Assembly (NCBI RefSeq): GCF_030028105.1
Contig: NC_092382.1
Coordinates: 100,766,699 to 100,830,698, forward strand
Direction: 5' to 3'
Length of the DNA stretch: 64,000 bases
Origin: Mobula birostris
Lineage: Eukaryota
Notes under the pieces: generated by a model
Databases searched by the model: none
What the model was told of the DNA's origin: nothing
What the model saw: only the letters and a program-made list of their open reading frames with translations
Made by a program: the position numbers and the translations under genes
Shown here: one piece after another, positions 12,906-23,520 of the stretch
How positions within the stretch are numbered: position 1 is the stretch's first letter
Layout of the letters: each line of letters begins with the position of its first letter

Positions 12906-12955
12906 CTAAGACGACCAGTTTGGTCCCGCTGCCGAAAAGCTGCGGATTGTTGTTA
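12906..12955 (-). CDS. TRBJ: TCR beta J gene segment (NNNPQLFGSGTKLVVL-G)
   Basis: FGSGTKLVVL; donor GTGAG at 12905-12901. RSS CACGGCG (12956-12962), 12 bp, TTCAAAACC (12975-12983). Confidence 0.95.
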
Positions 12956-13279
12956 CACGGCGGGCGCAGCCTGTTTCAAAACCAGCCCTCGTTCTTTCTC
13001 GCCGCGTCTACGCAGCCGCGTTCACCACCTCCCACCACATAGAATAATAGACTGAAACAACATGGAAGCGGGCCCTCTATTCCACCCGCCCCACTTCTCC
13101 CCCTTTCCCTGTCCATTCTACCCTTTCTCTCTCTCTCTTTCTCCTCTTATCATTTCATAAAAAGAAAAAAAATAAAGAAACTTTCTTAACTATATATATA
13201 TAAGAACCCCACTATTCTCCATAAACAAAAACAAAAGGTAAAAAAAAAGAAAAAGGATAAAAAAAGGACTGGGCAGCCC

Positions 13280-13870
13280 ATAGAAACCATAGAAACTACA
13301 GCACAGAAGCAGGCCTTTTGGCCCTTCTTGGCTGTGCCGAACCATTTTCTGCCTAGTCCCACTGACCAGCACACGGACCATATCCCTCCATACACCTCCC
13401 ATCCATGTATCTGTCCAATTTATTCTTAAATGTTAAAAAAGAACCCGCATTTACCACCTCGTCTGGCAGCTCATTCCATACTCCCACCACTCTCTGTGTG
13501 AAGAAGCCCCCCCTAATATTCCCTTTAAACTTTTCTCCCCTCACCCTTAACCCATGTCCTCCGGTTTTTTTCTCCCCTTGCCTCAGTGGAAAAAGCCTGC
13601 TTGCATTCACTCTATCTATACCCATCATAATTTTATATACCCCTATCAAATCTCCCCTCATTCTTCTACAGGGAATAAAGTCCTAACCTATTCAACCTTT
13701 CTCTGTAACTGAGTTTCTCAAGTCCCAGCAACATCCTTGTAAACCTTCTCTGCACTCTTTCAACCTTATTTATATCCTTCCTGTAATCTGGCGACCAAAA
13801 CTGAACACATAACTCCAGATTCGGCCTCATCAATGCCTTATACAACCTCATCATAACATTCCAGCTCTTA
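13280..13870 (-). mobile_element. CR1 LINE 3' fragment
   Basis: ORFs 13666-13914 and 13353-13661; close to the copy at 2960-3570 but in the opposite orientation. Confidence 0.9.
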
Positions 13871-13919
13871 TACTCAATAATTATACTCGATATACTCAAT
13901 AAGCCCATACTCACAGTAA

Positions 13920-14300
13920 AAGCAAGAAGAAAGAAAAAACTTCCTGATCAAACCCAAGGTTTCGAGAAAGTAACTGGAAGAGCAATAAATCAAACCATAT
14001 GAAAATATTGAACAAAAGTTCGCCAGGTTTCTTCAAGCTTAAAGGATGTATCAAATGTCCTACTCCTCATTTTCTCGCAACGTAGACAGGACATAATGGA
14101 GGAAAGCCAATAAAAAACAGTAGGTGGATTAGAACCCTTCCAGTTAAGCAAAGTGGCTCTCCTACTCAGTAAAGTTGTAAAATCTATCATCCGTTGAGCG
14201 GAAACAGGAATATATCCTGCTTCCGTTGGAATGATCCCAAGAATTGCTGTAAATAAATTCGGTTGTAGGTCCAAATTCAAAACTTTTGAGAAAAGTTTTT
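13920..14300 (-). mobile_element. L1/Tx1-type LINE ORF2 C-terminal fragment
   Basis: ORF 13990-14280 (LLSRRATLLNWK..PPT..WLSSIMSCLRCEK...WRTFVQYF) resembles fish L1 ORF2 ends. Confidence 0.7.
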
Positions 14301-14718
14301 AAAGAAATCTTTCAACAAAATTATCTATCCTTTCATTTTGTCTCCACCCCTGTCTTCACTCCTTTCCTCTTCTTCCCCTTTCCCTACTCCAATTTCTTCT
14401 TCTTCCCCGTTCTATCTCTCTTCTTTCTCGATCCACTCCCTCCTCTCTCCCTCTCTCTTCCCTCTCTCCTGCCTCCCCTCTCCTGTTCTCTCTCTCTTCC
14501 GCATCTCCCCTCCGCTATGCTTTTCCCTCCAGCCCTCTTCTATTTCTCTCCACTGCTCCTCTCTATGTTGCCGTCCCTCTTCCTCACAGGGGACCTCTCC
14601 CGTATCCCCTGCTCTCTTCGTGGAAACGATATCTGATCTTCCCTGCGTGTCCGTCCCATTACCCCCCCCCCCGCAGCCCAAATAAAATGGACTCAGCTCT
14701 AGAAACCAACCGACTCAC

Positions 14719-14768
14719 CGAGGTCGACCAGTTTGGTCCCGCTGCCGAATTACTGCTCGGTGTTGGTG
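14719..14768 (-). pseudogene. TRBJ: TCR beta J pseudogene (TNTEQ*FGSGTKLVDL-G)
   Basis: In-frame TAA where Y is expected before FGSGT; donor GTGAG intact. The heptamer position reads CATCTCC and runs into a CT tract with no nonamer. Confidence 0.9.
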
Positions 14769-15181
14769 CATCTCCCTTCTTCTCTCTCTCTTCTTCTAAT
14801 CGGCTTCCTCTCTCTCCTTACTCCTATTCCTTATCCCTCCCGCTTTATCTCTCCCCCCTCTTCCCTTCCCCTCTCTCCCCTCTGCTCCCATCTTCTCTCT
14901 CCCACTCCTTCTCTCTTCCCCTCCGCACCTCCTCTCAATCCTCTATCCTCTTCTCCCCCCTTCCTCCTTCTGTCTGGCCTCTCTTTCTCCCCCTTCTCCT
15001 CTTCTCCCCTCTGCTGCTCTCTATCTTTCTCTCGCCCTCTCTCCCAGGGAACCTCTCTCGTCCCCTGTCCTCCCTCTGGAGTCGGTCCGAGATCGCTGCT
15101 TTCCCTGGCAACTATCCCCGCTTGTTCGACCCAGTCCCCCTCGACTCAAATGGACTCGGCACCAGCAGCAAAGCGACTCAC

Positions 15182-15231
15182 CTAAGACGACCAGTTTGGT
15201 CCCGCCGCCGAAATACCGCTCGCTGGTAGCA
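15182..15231 (-). CDS. TRBJ: TCR beta J gene segment (ATSERYFGGGTKLVVL-G), the most 5' J seen
   Basis: YFGGGTKLVVL; donor GTGAG at 15181-15177. RSS CACGGCG (15232-15238), 12 bp, TTCAAAACC (15251-15259). Confidence 0.95.
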
Positions 15232-15319
15232 CACGGCGGCCGGGGCCTGCTTCAAAACCAGCCCTCGCTCTCTCTCTCTTCCGCGTCAACGCAGCCGCGT
15301 TCACCCACCCTGAGTTGCA

Positions 15320-16808
15320 GAGCAGTACAGCAAAGAAACAGGCCGGACTGGTCCACACCGACCATCCCAGTTAGTCCAGTTTGCTAGATTCTAAATCTCT
15401 CCCCCGCTTTCCCCTTCGACCCGTCTCTTCTGGTTCTTGATACCCCGACCCAGGGAGGAAGACTGTGCGCGTTCACGCTATCCGTGCACCTAGTGGTTTT
15501 ATACACCTTTGCCAGGTCACCTCTGAGCTTCCCACGCCCGCAGCAATAATGTCCCTACCTGCCCGACCCCCCTCCGTAATTCAATCCCTCGAGCCCAGGC
15601 AACATCCTCGTAAATCTCTCTCCGGGCTCTTTCCAGCTAAGTGTCATCTTTCCTACAGCGTCCTTTGAAGAACCATCTCCCAGTCTCCTGCGCTCCGAGA
15701 AATAAAATCCTTAGCAACTGGTCCTTATATCCCATCCCCTCGAATCCTGGCGGTATCCTTATAAAACTTCTCCGCATTCTTCCAAGATGAACCCCTTCTC
15801 TCCTATACCAGGGCGACCCAAAACGGAATCGCCGCTCACCAGCGTCCTACACAACGACACCATGAAGCCCAACTTTTAAACTCAATAGCCTCTCGCCCAA
15901 GTATCCCTGACCCTGCCACCCTTGGCTTTCCTAAGAAAATCTAAGCAAACATGGCCTGTCCTCTATGCAGTCGGTGTTTAAATATCCTCGACAGGTCACT
16001 GAGGATTTCCCCCCAAAATTTGCCTTATTCCCATTAACTCTCCCTTATGCTTGCCTAACATTCTCATAGCACGTCCTCGTAAAGTTGAAAACGACACCCA
16101 TTATTCATTACCACAGGTAAACGTACTGAGTTGTGATCGCTACTTGCTGGATGCTCCCCCCACTGGAAGCCCAGTCGCCTGGACAGACTGATTTCCCACC
16201 GCCCAGACCAGAGAAACCACTCCTCCAGTTGTCCCAGATGCAAACTGCTGAAGAGACCCTCTTGGAAGCTGTGGACAAATTCTGCCCCGCCTAAACCTCT
16301 TGTACTAAGGAGGTCCAAGTCTATGTTGGGAGAGTTGAAGTCGCCCAGGATAGCAACCGTGTTGTTTTCCGCACCTTTCTCTAATCTGCCACTATATCTA
16401 TCCCTCGATGTTCCCGTTGCTATTGTGGGGGTGGCGTGGGGAGCGGGGGGGAAGGTTGTAGTCTTATTCCGTGATTGCAGTTGTCTTATCATTTGAGTTC
16501 TACCCATATAGACCTAGTGAACCAACCCTCCATTTTGTCCCCGCCGACCTGATTTCGGGCCTCCAAGCGAGGCCTGGTCTCGAAATAGTGTCAGACGCAA
16601 GGGATGGGACCATTTGGCCCCGCTAGTAAATACTGACCCAGATGCCCCATCGAAACTAGTCCTTCCTGAGAACTTGAACATACATTCCCTGCATTCTGTA
16701 CAGTTCCCGTAATCCGCCGCAGGACAGCTGAGGATTTGCCCAAAAATTATCTTTTTCCAATTAACCGACCCTCGCCCCTGCCTAATATTCTCATAATTTG
16801 CCTTCTTA
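15320..16808 (-). mobile_element. Old, highly degraded CR1 fragments (RT end and endonuclease part)
   Basis: CR1 tail at 15325. ORF 16064-16507 has ILGDFNSPNIDL and SDHNSVR endonuclease motifs. Confidence 0.65.
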
Positions 16809-17308
16809 NNNNNNNNNNNNNNNNNNNNNNNNNNNNNNNNNNNNNNNNNNNNNNNNNNNNNNNNNNNNNNNNNNNNNNNNNNNNNNNNNNNNNNNNNNNN
16901 NNNNNNNNNNNNNNNNNNNNNNNNNNNNNNNNNNNNNNNNNNNNNNNNNNNNNNNNNNNNNNNNNNNNNNNNNNNNNNNNNNNNNNNNNNNNNNNNNNNN
17001 NNNNNNNNNNNNNNNNNNNNNNNNNNNNNNNNNNNNNNNNNNNNNNNNNNNNNNNNNNNNNNNNNNNNNNNNNNNNNNNNNNNNNNNNNNNNNNNNNNNN
17101 NNNNNNNNNNNNNNNNNNNNNNNNNNNNNNNNNNNNNNNNNNNNNNNNNNNNNNNNNNNNNNNNNNNNNNNNNNNNNNNNNNNNNNNNNNNNNNNNNNNN
17201 NNNNNNNNNNNNNNNNNNNNNNNNNNNNNNNNNNNNNNNNNNNNNNNNNNNNNNNNNNNNNNNNNNNNNNNNNNNNNNNNNNNNNNNNNNNNNNNNNNNN
17301 NNNNNNNN
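16809..17308. other. Assembly gap (500 N). Further gaps at 7024-7155, 38065-38564 (500 N), 40575-40761 and 50110-50259
   Basis: Runs of N. The round 500-N size suggests placeholders of unknown true length. Confidence 0.98.
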
Positions 17309-18199
17309 AAATTATATATAAGTCACTATATACGATCATTTTCTTGCGGGAATCCACAACAAATCAGTAACCATAACAGACTGAATGATACACCGCACTA
17401 CTTTGTAGAAGATTATAAACTGTGCAAATACAGAAGGAAAAGTTAATAATAATAATGATAATAACATTACTTCAATAAATGAGCAATTATTATTGAGAAC
17501 AAAAGATGAAGAGTCCTTGGAAGCGAGTCCACAGGTTGCAGGAGCTTTCAATGATGGGGCGAGTGAAGTTGGCTGAAGTTGTCCCCTTTGATTAGAAGTG
17601 TTGCACGTAGCCCATAGAACGTCGCCGTGGCTCACCGGCGCCATCTTGCCCAGATGGTTCAACCACGCCAGTAGCACCTTCTGGTAGCTCTTCTCGCCGT
17701 CTTCAAGGTTCAAAGTGATTTTATTGTTGAAGTACACACATGTCGCCTCCTACAACCCCGGGTTTGATTTTCTTGCGGAATTTCACGGTCGGTGCAATGG
17801 AAACAAAGTAGAGGGAATGAAAGCCTGCAAAAAAAGACAGTTAAGAACCAATGTGCAAACGATTTCAAATTGTGCAAATGCAATTAAACCCTACAATAAC
17901 ACGCAAATTAATTAATTAATTAACAAACAAATAAATAAGTATATAAATAAATTTATTAATTAATAATAAATACTTCTGCGAAACTGAGTTGCAGATTTCT
18001 TGAAGGTGAGTCCGGTTCACCTGTGTGGAAGTGGTGGGATCAGTTTGGAGTTGAAGTGACTTGGAGACAGAATTCGTGGAGGGGAGGCTTGTTTCCCGTG
18101 ATGAGTTTATGAAGGCGGGATCGAGGTTGATATTGGCGTTGTGTGTTTTGAGGGTAAAGATATCGACATCCAGCGCACGGAGATAGATCGAGGAAAAAC

Positions 18200-18660
18200 A
18201 GTAATTAGACCGTAAGACCACAAGACAAAGGAGCAAAAGTCGGCCACTCGGCCCATCGAGCTGCTCCGCCATTTTATCATGAGCTGATCCATTCTCCCGT
18301 TTAGTCCCACCCCTCGCCTTCACACCATAACCTTCGATGCCCTGGCTACTCAGATGCCTATCAATCTCTGCCTTAAATACACCCAACGACCTGGCCTCCA
18401 CTGCCGCCCGTGGCAACAAATTCCATAGATTCACCACCCTCTGGCCAAAAAAATTTCTTCACATTTCTGTTCTGAATGGGCGCCCTTCAATCCTTAAGTC
18501 GTGCCCTCTCGTACTAGACTCCCCCATCATGGGAAACAACTTTGCCATATCCACTCTGTCTATGCCTTTCAACATTCGAAATGTTTCTATCAGGTCTCCC
18601 CTCATTCTTCTAAACTCCAAGGAGTACTGTCCAAGTGCGGACAAACGTTCCTGATATTAG
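18200..18660 (-). mobile_element. CR1 LINE 3' fragment
   Basis: ORF 18459-18644 (QYSLEFRRMRGDLIETFRML) and VNLWNLLPRAAVEA. Confidence 0.85.
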
Positions 18661-20051
18661 GTGTAACAGATTCAGAGAAAGTGCAGCGCAGATACAAGAT
18701 AAAGCGTAAGATGATGAAGGGACGACACTTAGAAATGTTTAACATTGCGAGAGGCTCAGAAAAAGCGAATGGAAACAGTCCTTCCTCGTAGTGGATTCCC
18801 AAGCTATGTAGAAGGGAGAATGTCCGAGATGGGAGGAGCTCGTAGATAACGCTGATTGCTTTGCCGAGGACCGTTCGAAGGTTTTATAACAGCTGGATAG
18901 AAATCAGTATTGATGTTGTATAATTGAGGTGTTCAGACGTTTAGAGCTTCGACATGGGTTGCAGGTTTCTGGAAGGTCAGTCCGGTTCACCTGTGAGGAA
19001 GTGGTGTCATCAGTTTAGAGCTGAAGTGACTTGGCGACAGACTTCGTGGAGGTCCATCGATCCTTGTTCCGGGTTTTCCTGTATTCTCCCTTGTTCTGTT
19101 GGGTGCCTTAATTGAGGCACCTGATTCTCATTTCGGTCTGGCACATAATTACCTCTGCAAACCAGGGATTGTGGGATGGACTGTTCCCTTTCCCTTCCTT
19201 CTGAAACCTCGCCTGGATCCCCGTCAAGTTCACCTGCCGGAGTGAGACAGGAGCCTTGCCACGCCATGATAAGGTACTATTTATCGTTGAGTTTGGAACT
19301 ATCTCTTTGTGTCCCCGTGTTTAGTGTCCGTGTCAAAGAGTCCCGGCCCCAGGTCCTGTTCCCAAGGAGGGATCCCGACTCTGTGTTCTGTGCATCAAGT
19401 GCCAGGCGCCGTGTTCAAGTCCTGTCCAAGTCAAGGCTTTGTGTTCGAACCCAGTCCAGGAGTCCCTTGTCCAGCCCAGCAGTGCCTCGCCCAGCCCAGG
19501 AGTACCTCGCCCAGCCAGGTGCTGGAGTTTCCTCGTCCTGTGCTGGGTACCTCGTCCTGTCCTGTAGCCACGTCCTGTCCTTGCCAAGATTCTAGTCCCG
19601 AGTCCTAGCCTGGACCCGGGTTCCAGTTCCGAGTGAAGACTCAGGTTCCGTGTCCCAACCAAGACCCTGGTTCCTGGTCCTTGTCCAGGCTCTTGTTCCG
19701 GAGTTCCGTGTTCCTAGTTCAGGCTCCTTGTTCCTGGTTCCCCGTCCGGGTCCCGTGTTTCCGGTCCAAGTCCTAGCCCAGGCCCTGAATCCTAGTCTCT
19801 TCCAGGGCCTGTGTCAATGTCCAGCGTCGTTTCTTCCTTACTCACCTTGCTGTCCCGATAAACCTAGTCCTGTTCCTAGTACTTCAGTTCTGTGTCTTGC
19901 ATTTGGGTCCGCCATCAACACCCACCGTGTAACAAACAGAAACCATAACAATGCAAACTTTTCCCGACTACAGAGTAAGTACAGGTGACTGTCGCGCAAT
20001 AAGGTGACAGGTCGTAAAAGAGCGATTTTTATGGAAATATCTAAAAATTGT

Positions 20052-20196
20052 TGTCACGTACCCCGTGACAACAAGAACCAGCAGAGATGGAAAAGACTTT
20101 GGAGTCCAGTATTGCTATTAACTAATGGTATTTATTAGTAACTACGCAATACAGTATTATAAATACAGATATATCAAACAGATTAGCAATGATTAC

Positions 20197-20230
<34 letters not shown>

Positions 20231-20274
20231 AAATATATGAAAAATAATCTTCTTCAAAACTAGGGGTAAATAGA

Positions 20275-20315
<41 letters not shown>

Positions 20316-20951
20316 AAATATATGAAAAATAATCTTCTTCAAAACTAGGGGTAAATAGATAGGCTTACGATGGTGAGTAAAGTTCAGTTCAGTTCGTGGT
20401 TTTGAGTTGAGTAGTGATGGAGAGAGAGAGAGAGAGAGAGATTTGAATCTTCAGATGAGCTCACGACGTCGATCTTCCCGTTGTCCTCCGAAATCCTTAA
20501 GAAGTCACCGACTGTGACCAAAACAAAGGGGACGTTCTTCTGTGTAGGAATTATCAACTCAGGTGAGGGTTGGACACAGAAATAACGCCCCACCGGTCAC
20601 ACCCTTTTCACATTGCGAGAGCCACTGATCGATCCTCCAAAACCCACCTTTTCTGTGGGTACAACCAAGCTCATTCAGTGTCCAAAACCATGTGCCTACC
20701 AGGTCTGACAGCTGACCTGCTATTTATCTCAGCGTGCTGAACACCAGCTGTCCATCAAACAGCTCCTCCCCTCTCTCTCTGGAAGAACTTGGAAACGGCT
20801 AGTGTCCTTGTAGAAAGTGTAACCATGCTGTGAGCAGTCTTCGCCTCTCTCTCTCTTCCTTTCTCTCTCTTTTTAACAAGGTGCTTGTGTTGGGCACCTC
20901 TCTCCCTTTTCAAAAGCACAGTTCATAGGGGTCATTCAGGAACCCGTCACA
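20052..20951. mobile_element. Solo LTR (Gypsy-like) with 4-bp target-site duplication TTGT
   Basis: Starts TGTCAC (20052) and ends GTCACA (20951). TTGT lies at 20048-20051 and 20952-20955. Homologous in inverted orientation to 41407-42401. Confidence 0.8.
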
Positions 20952-22112
20952 TTGTGAGATGTGAAGATAAGGTTGATGGTTCAGGGTAGGGAAATATCCG
21001 TGGGGCACGGGCAAGATGAAAAGAAATAAGAAGTTTTAAAAGGCGACCTGAATGTCTTATCTAATGTGGTTTGTTTATCTGCAATCGCCATATCTCACTA
21101 CCTCTAACTTCACAGCTTAAAGCTATGCTCCCTAATGTTGGCCATTTCCCCTCTGGGAAAAAGGCTCCGGCTATGCACGTGATCATTGCCTCTCATCATG
21201 AAGGGGCGCCTTACACCCGCTTTGGTGGAGACGTATCTCCACCCCACCCCCACCTCCACTCGGAAGGTGCGTGTGTTCGTCCATCGTCGACGTCAGTGAG
21301 GACCTTGACACCATTGTGATGGTGTCGAGACCAGCGCGTGATTTGGATTTAAGTGAGGGAGAGTTCCGCAGCGTTGGCCTCACTCCCTCCTCCCGATTCC
21401 CATCTGGATCCAGTGGCAAGGCAGGAGTGGAGACGGCTTTTGATGGGACTAGGTGCAGCGGATGACCAGGACGCCTTCTGTGTCTTGTCCTGCTCTACAC
21501 GTTCCACGACGCTCGCAGAGACCGCCTTCTTGACCGTCGGACCTTCCGTTGGTCTCGTCGGCTCAATCCGCCGGAGTCTGTCTTCACGTGCTGGGATAGA
21601 CAACTCCCTATCTCATCGAGGATTTGAGACCTGTCGGCAACCCTCACTTGCTTCAGCCGGCTTGCCGAAGCGGTTGCCCAGGGTGTGGCCGCTGTCGCAT
21701 GCAAACAGCTACGGGGAGCCACAGGTGACAGCTGGGTGCCAGGTGGGGACCAAAGGTGGACTAACCGCCTTGAAAAGGACACAACACACATCACGAAGGG
21801 TCTCGGCCCGAAACGTCGACTGTACCCCTTCCTAGAGATGCTGCCTGGCCTGCTGCGTTCACCAGCAACTTTGATGTGTATTGCTGGAATTTCCAGCATC
21901 TGCAGAATTCCTCGTGTTTATGTTGAAAAGGACGCGACGTGTTCCTCCACCAGAGGTGCGACCCCTCCTTGGCACCCAATATACCCCTAGGGTGCAATAC
22001 ATCGGCGAGAGGCAGTTGGAGGGTAGAATGAACAGAAGACATTGGCCGGGCACCGGGGCAGGCCTGGGATGATCGTACTGGTCCATGACAATGAGTGTTT
22101 GAGCCTTGCTGG

Positions 22113-22442
22113 AGTTTTTGAGGGTCATGTCTCCTGCACTGATTTCTGCGGCTCTACCAGCGGCGCAGAAGTAGGAATCTTCGTCCCCTGCTCGAAGTGG
22201 TTGGTGTCCTTCTTCCTGACCCGGTGACGATCCCCGGCCCCGCTCTCCCTCTCCACGTCGGCGCTGTAGGCACACGAGCCCAGGAGCAGCCGCAACTCCC
22301 CCGCCTGACCCCCGCCGGTACCAGTACACGCACTTCCACAACCGACTCTGCCGGCGGCTCAGCACGAACTCGCTACCGGATCCACCGAGACAGGCGAGTT
22401 TGGGGTCTGACAGATCGGGTGTTCGTCCTGATCAAACTCCGC
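22113..22442 (-). pseudogene. TRBV: TCR beta V pseudogene with degenerate 23-type RSS
   Basis: Acceptor (pyrimidine tract)...CCGAAAAG at 22444/22443. Pieces in shifting frames read QTPNSPVS, GSEFVLSRRQ (Cys>Arg), VYWYRRG, ELRLLLGS, KKDTNHFE and DEDSYFCAAGR. Nonamer TCAAAAACT at 22121-22113; the heptamer is degraded (CGCAGAA). Confidence 0.85.
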
Positions 22443-22695
22443 CTTTTCGGGGGAGAGAGAGAAAGAAAAAAAGAGAGAAAAAAATCAACATTCCTCGCCT
22501 CGTCCAGGAAAACCCTAAGATAATGCAATTGTGTTTGAAATAAAAAGGCATTGAGTTCAGGGGTAAGAAATTCACGTTCAACCGGACAAGGCGTTGTTGG
22601 GACGGATCCGGCCGTCTGGCTATAGGAAAAATAAGATTAAATGCAGGAGGGTGCAGAACTTGCTGAAATTTCAAAGTAGATATATTATCAAATAG

Positions 22696-22915
22696 TGTGG
22701 CGGGTGGCCAAGTGGTTAGAGCGTTGGGCTGACGACCTGAAGTTTGTGAGTTCGAGTCTCGGCCAGGGCGGCGTGTGTGCCCTTTAGCAAAGCACTTAAC
22801 CAGATGGGGGTCAACCGGGCGTCCTATCCGGGGGGTGGGGGGGAGGAAGTGTCTCGTACTCTCAGTCGCTTCACGCTCACAGAAACCGGCATAAGCACCG
22901 GCCTGATGAGCCACA
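22696..22915 (+). mobile_element. tRNA-derived SINE (a different family from the 30055 type)
   Basis: A box TGGCCAAGTGG and B box GAGTTCGAGTC, followed by a non-tRNA body. Confidence 0.7.
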
Positions 22916-22972
22916 AATGCCTCGGGACAGGACCTTTACTTTGCTGTTGTCACATTACGCACATGTCACCAG

Positions 22973-23415
22973 ACGCTCAGGGCCGCTTTACTATGCACCT
23001 CCTGCAGCTAACAGAGTGGCCACTGAGCGCATGCGCGTGGTGTTCTGCTGCGGCAGCCCGGCTACTGCAAGCAAGCTTGGACGGGTTGCGCGTTCAGAGA
23101 TGCTCTTCTGCGCGCCGCTGCTGAAACGCGCGGTTGTTTGACTTACTGTTACCTTGAACGAGTCTGGCCGTTCTCCCCTGACCTCTCTCATCAACAAGGC
23201 GTTTAGGCCCGCAAAAGAGACGCTCACAGAATGATTCCCGCCTCCCCTTGCTTTTCGCACCATTCTACGTAAACTCTACAGCTGAACTAAGAAGTCAGAA
23301 GAGATCAGGAGTTTCTGACATACTGAAGCCACTCCATCTGGCACCAACAGTCATTCCACGGTCAAAGTCACTTTGATCGCATTCCGCCCCCCAATCTGGT
23401 GTTTGGTCTTAACTG
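22973..23415 (-). mobile_element. Tc1/mariner transposon relic
   Basis: The minus strand reads DFDRGMTVGARWSGFSMSETPDL, matching a Tc1 transposase N-terminus. Degenerate CACTCAGTGGCCACTTTATT-type terminal motif near 22973-23027. Confidence 0.75.
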
Positions 23416-23520
23416 CCTCCGAAACCTCCGACCCTGTCTGCCGACCTCTTCTGCACACTCTGCAGCTGAATCTCATCCTTCCCCGCAGCTCCGCGACCAG
23501 ATTTGCACCCCCACCATTTC

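Noticed and set aside
4179-15229. Long S/L/P/F-rich and E/R/G-rich ORFs
   Set aside because: They are translations of CT/GA low-complexity tracts with no splice or domain support.
17591-17629. Minus-strand CACGGCG as the 3' RSS of a D segment
   Set aside because: The 23-bp position gives ACTTCTAAT, not a nonamer, and there is no matching 5' RSS or G-rich D core.
23027-23036. Perfect NRF1 site GCGCATGCGC as a promoter
   Set aside because: It lies inside the Tc1 relic and is explained by point changes in that element.
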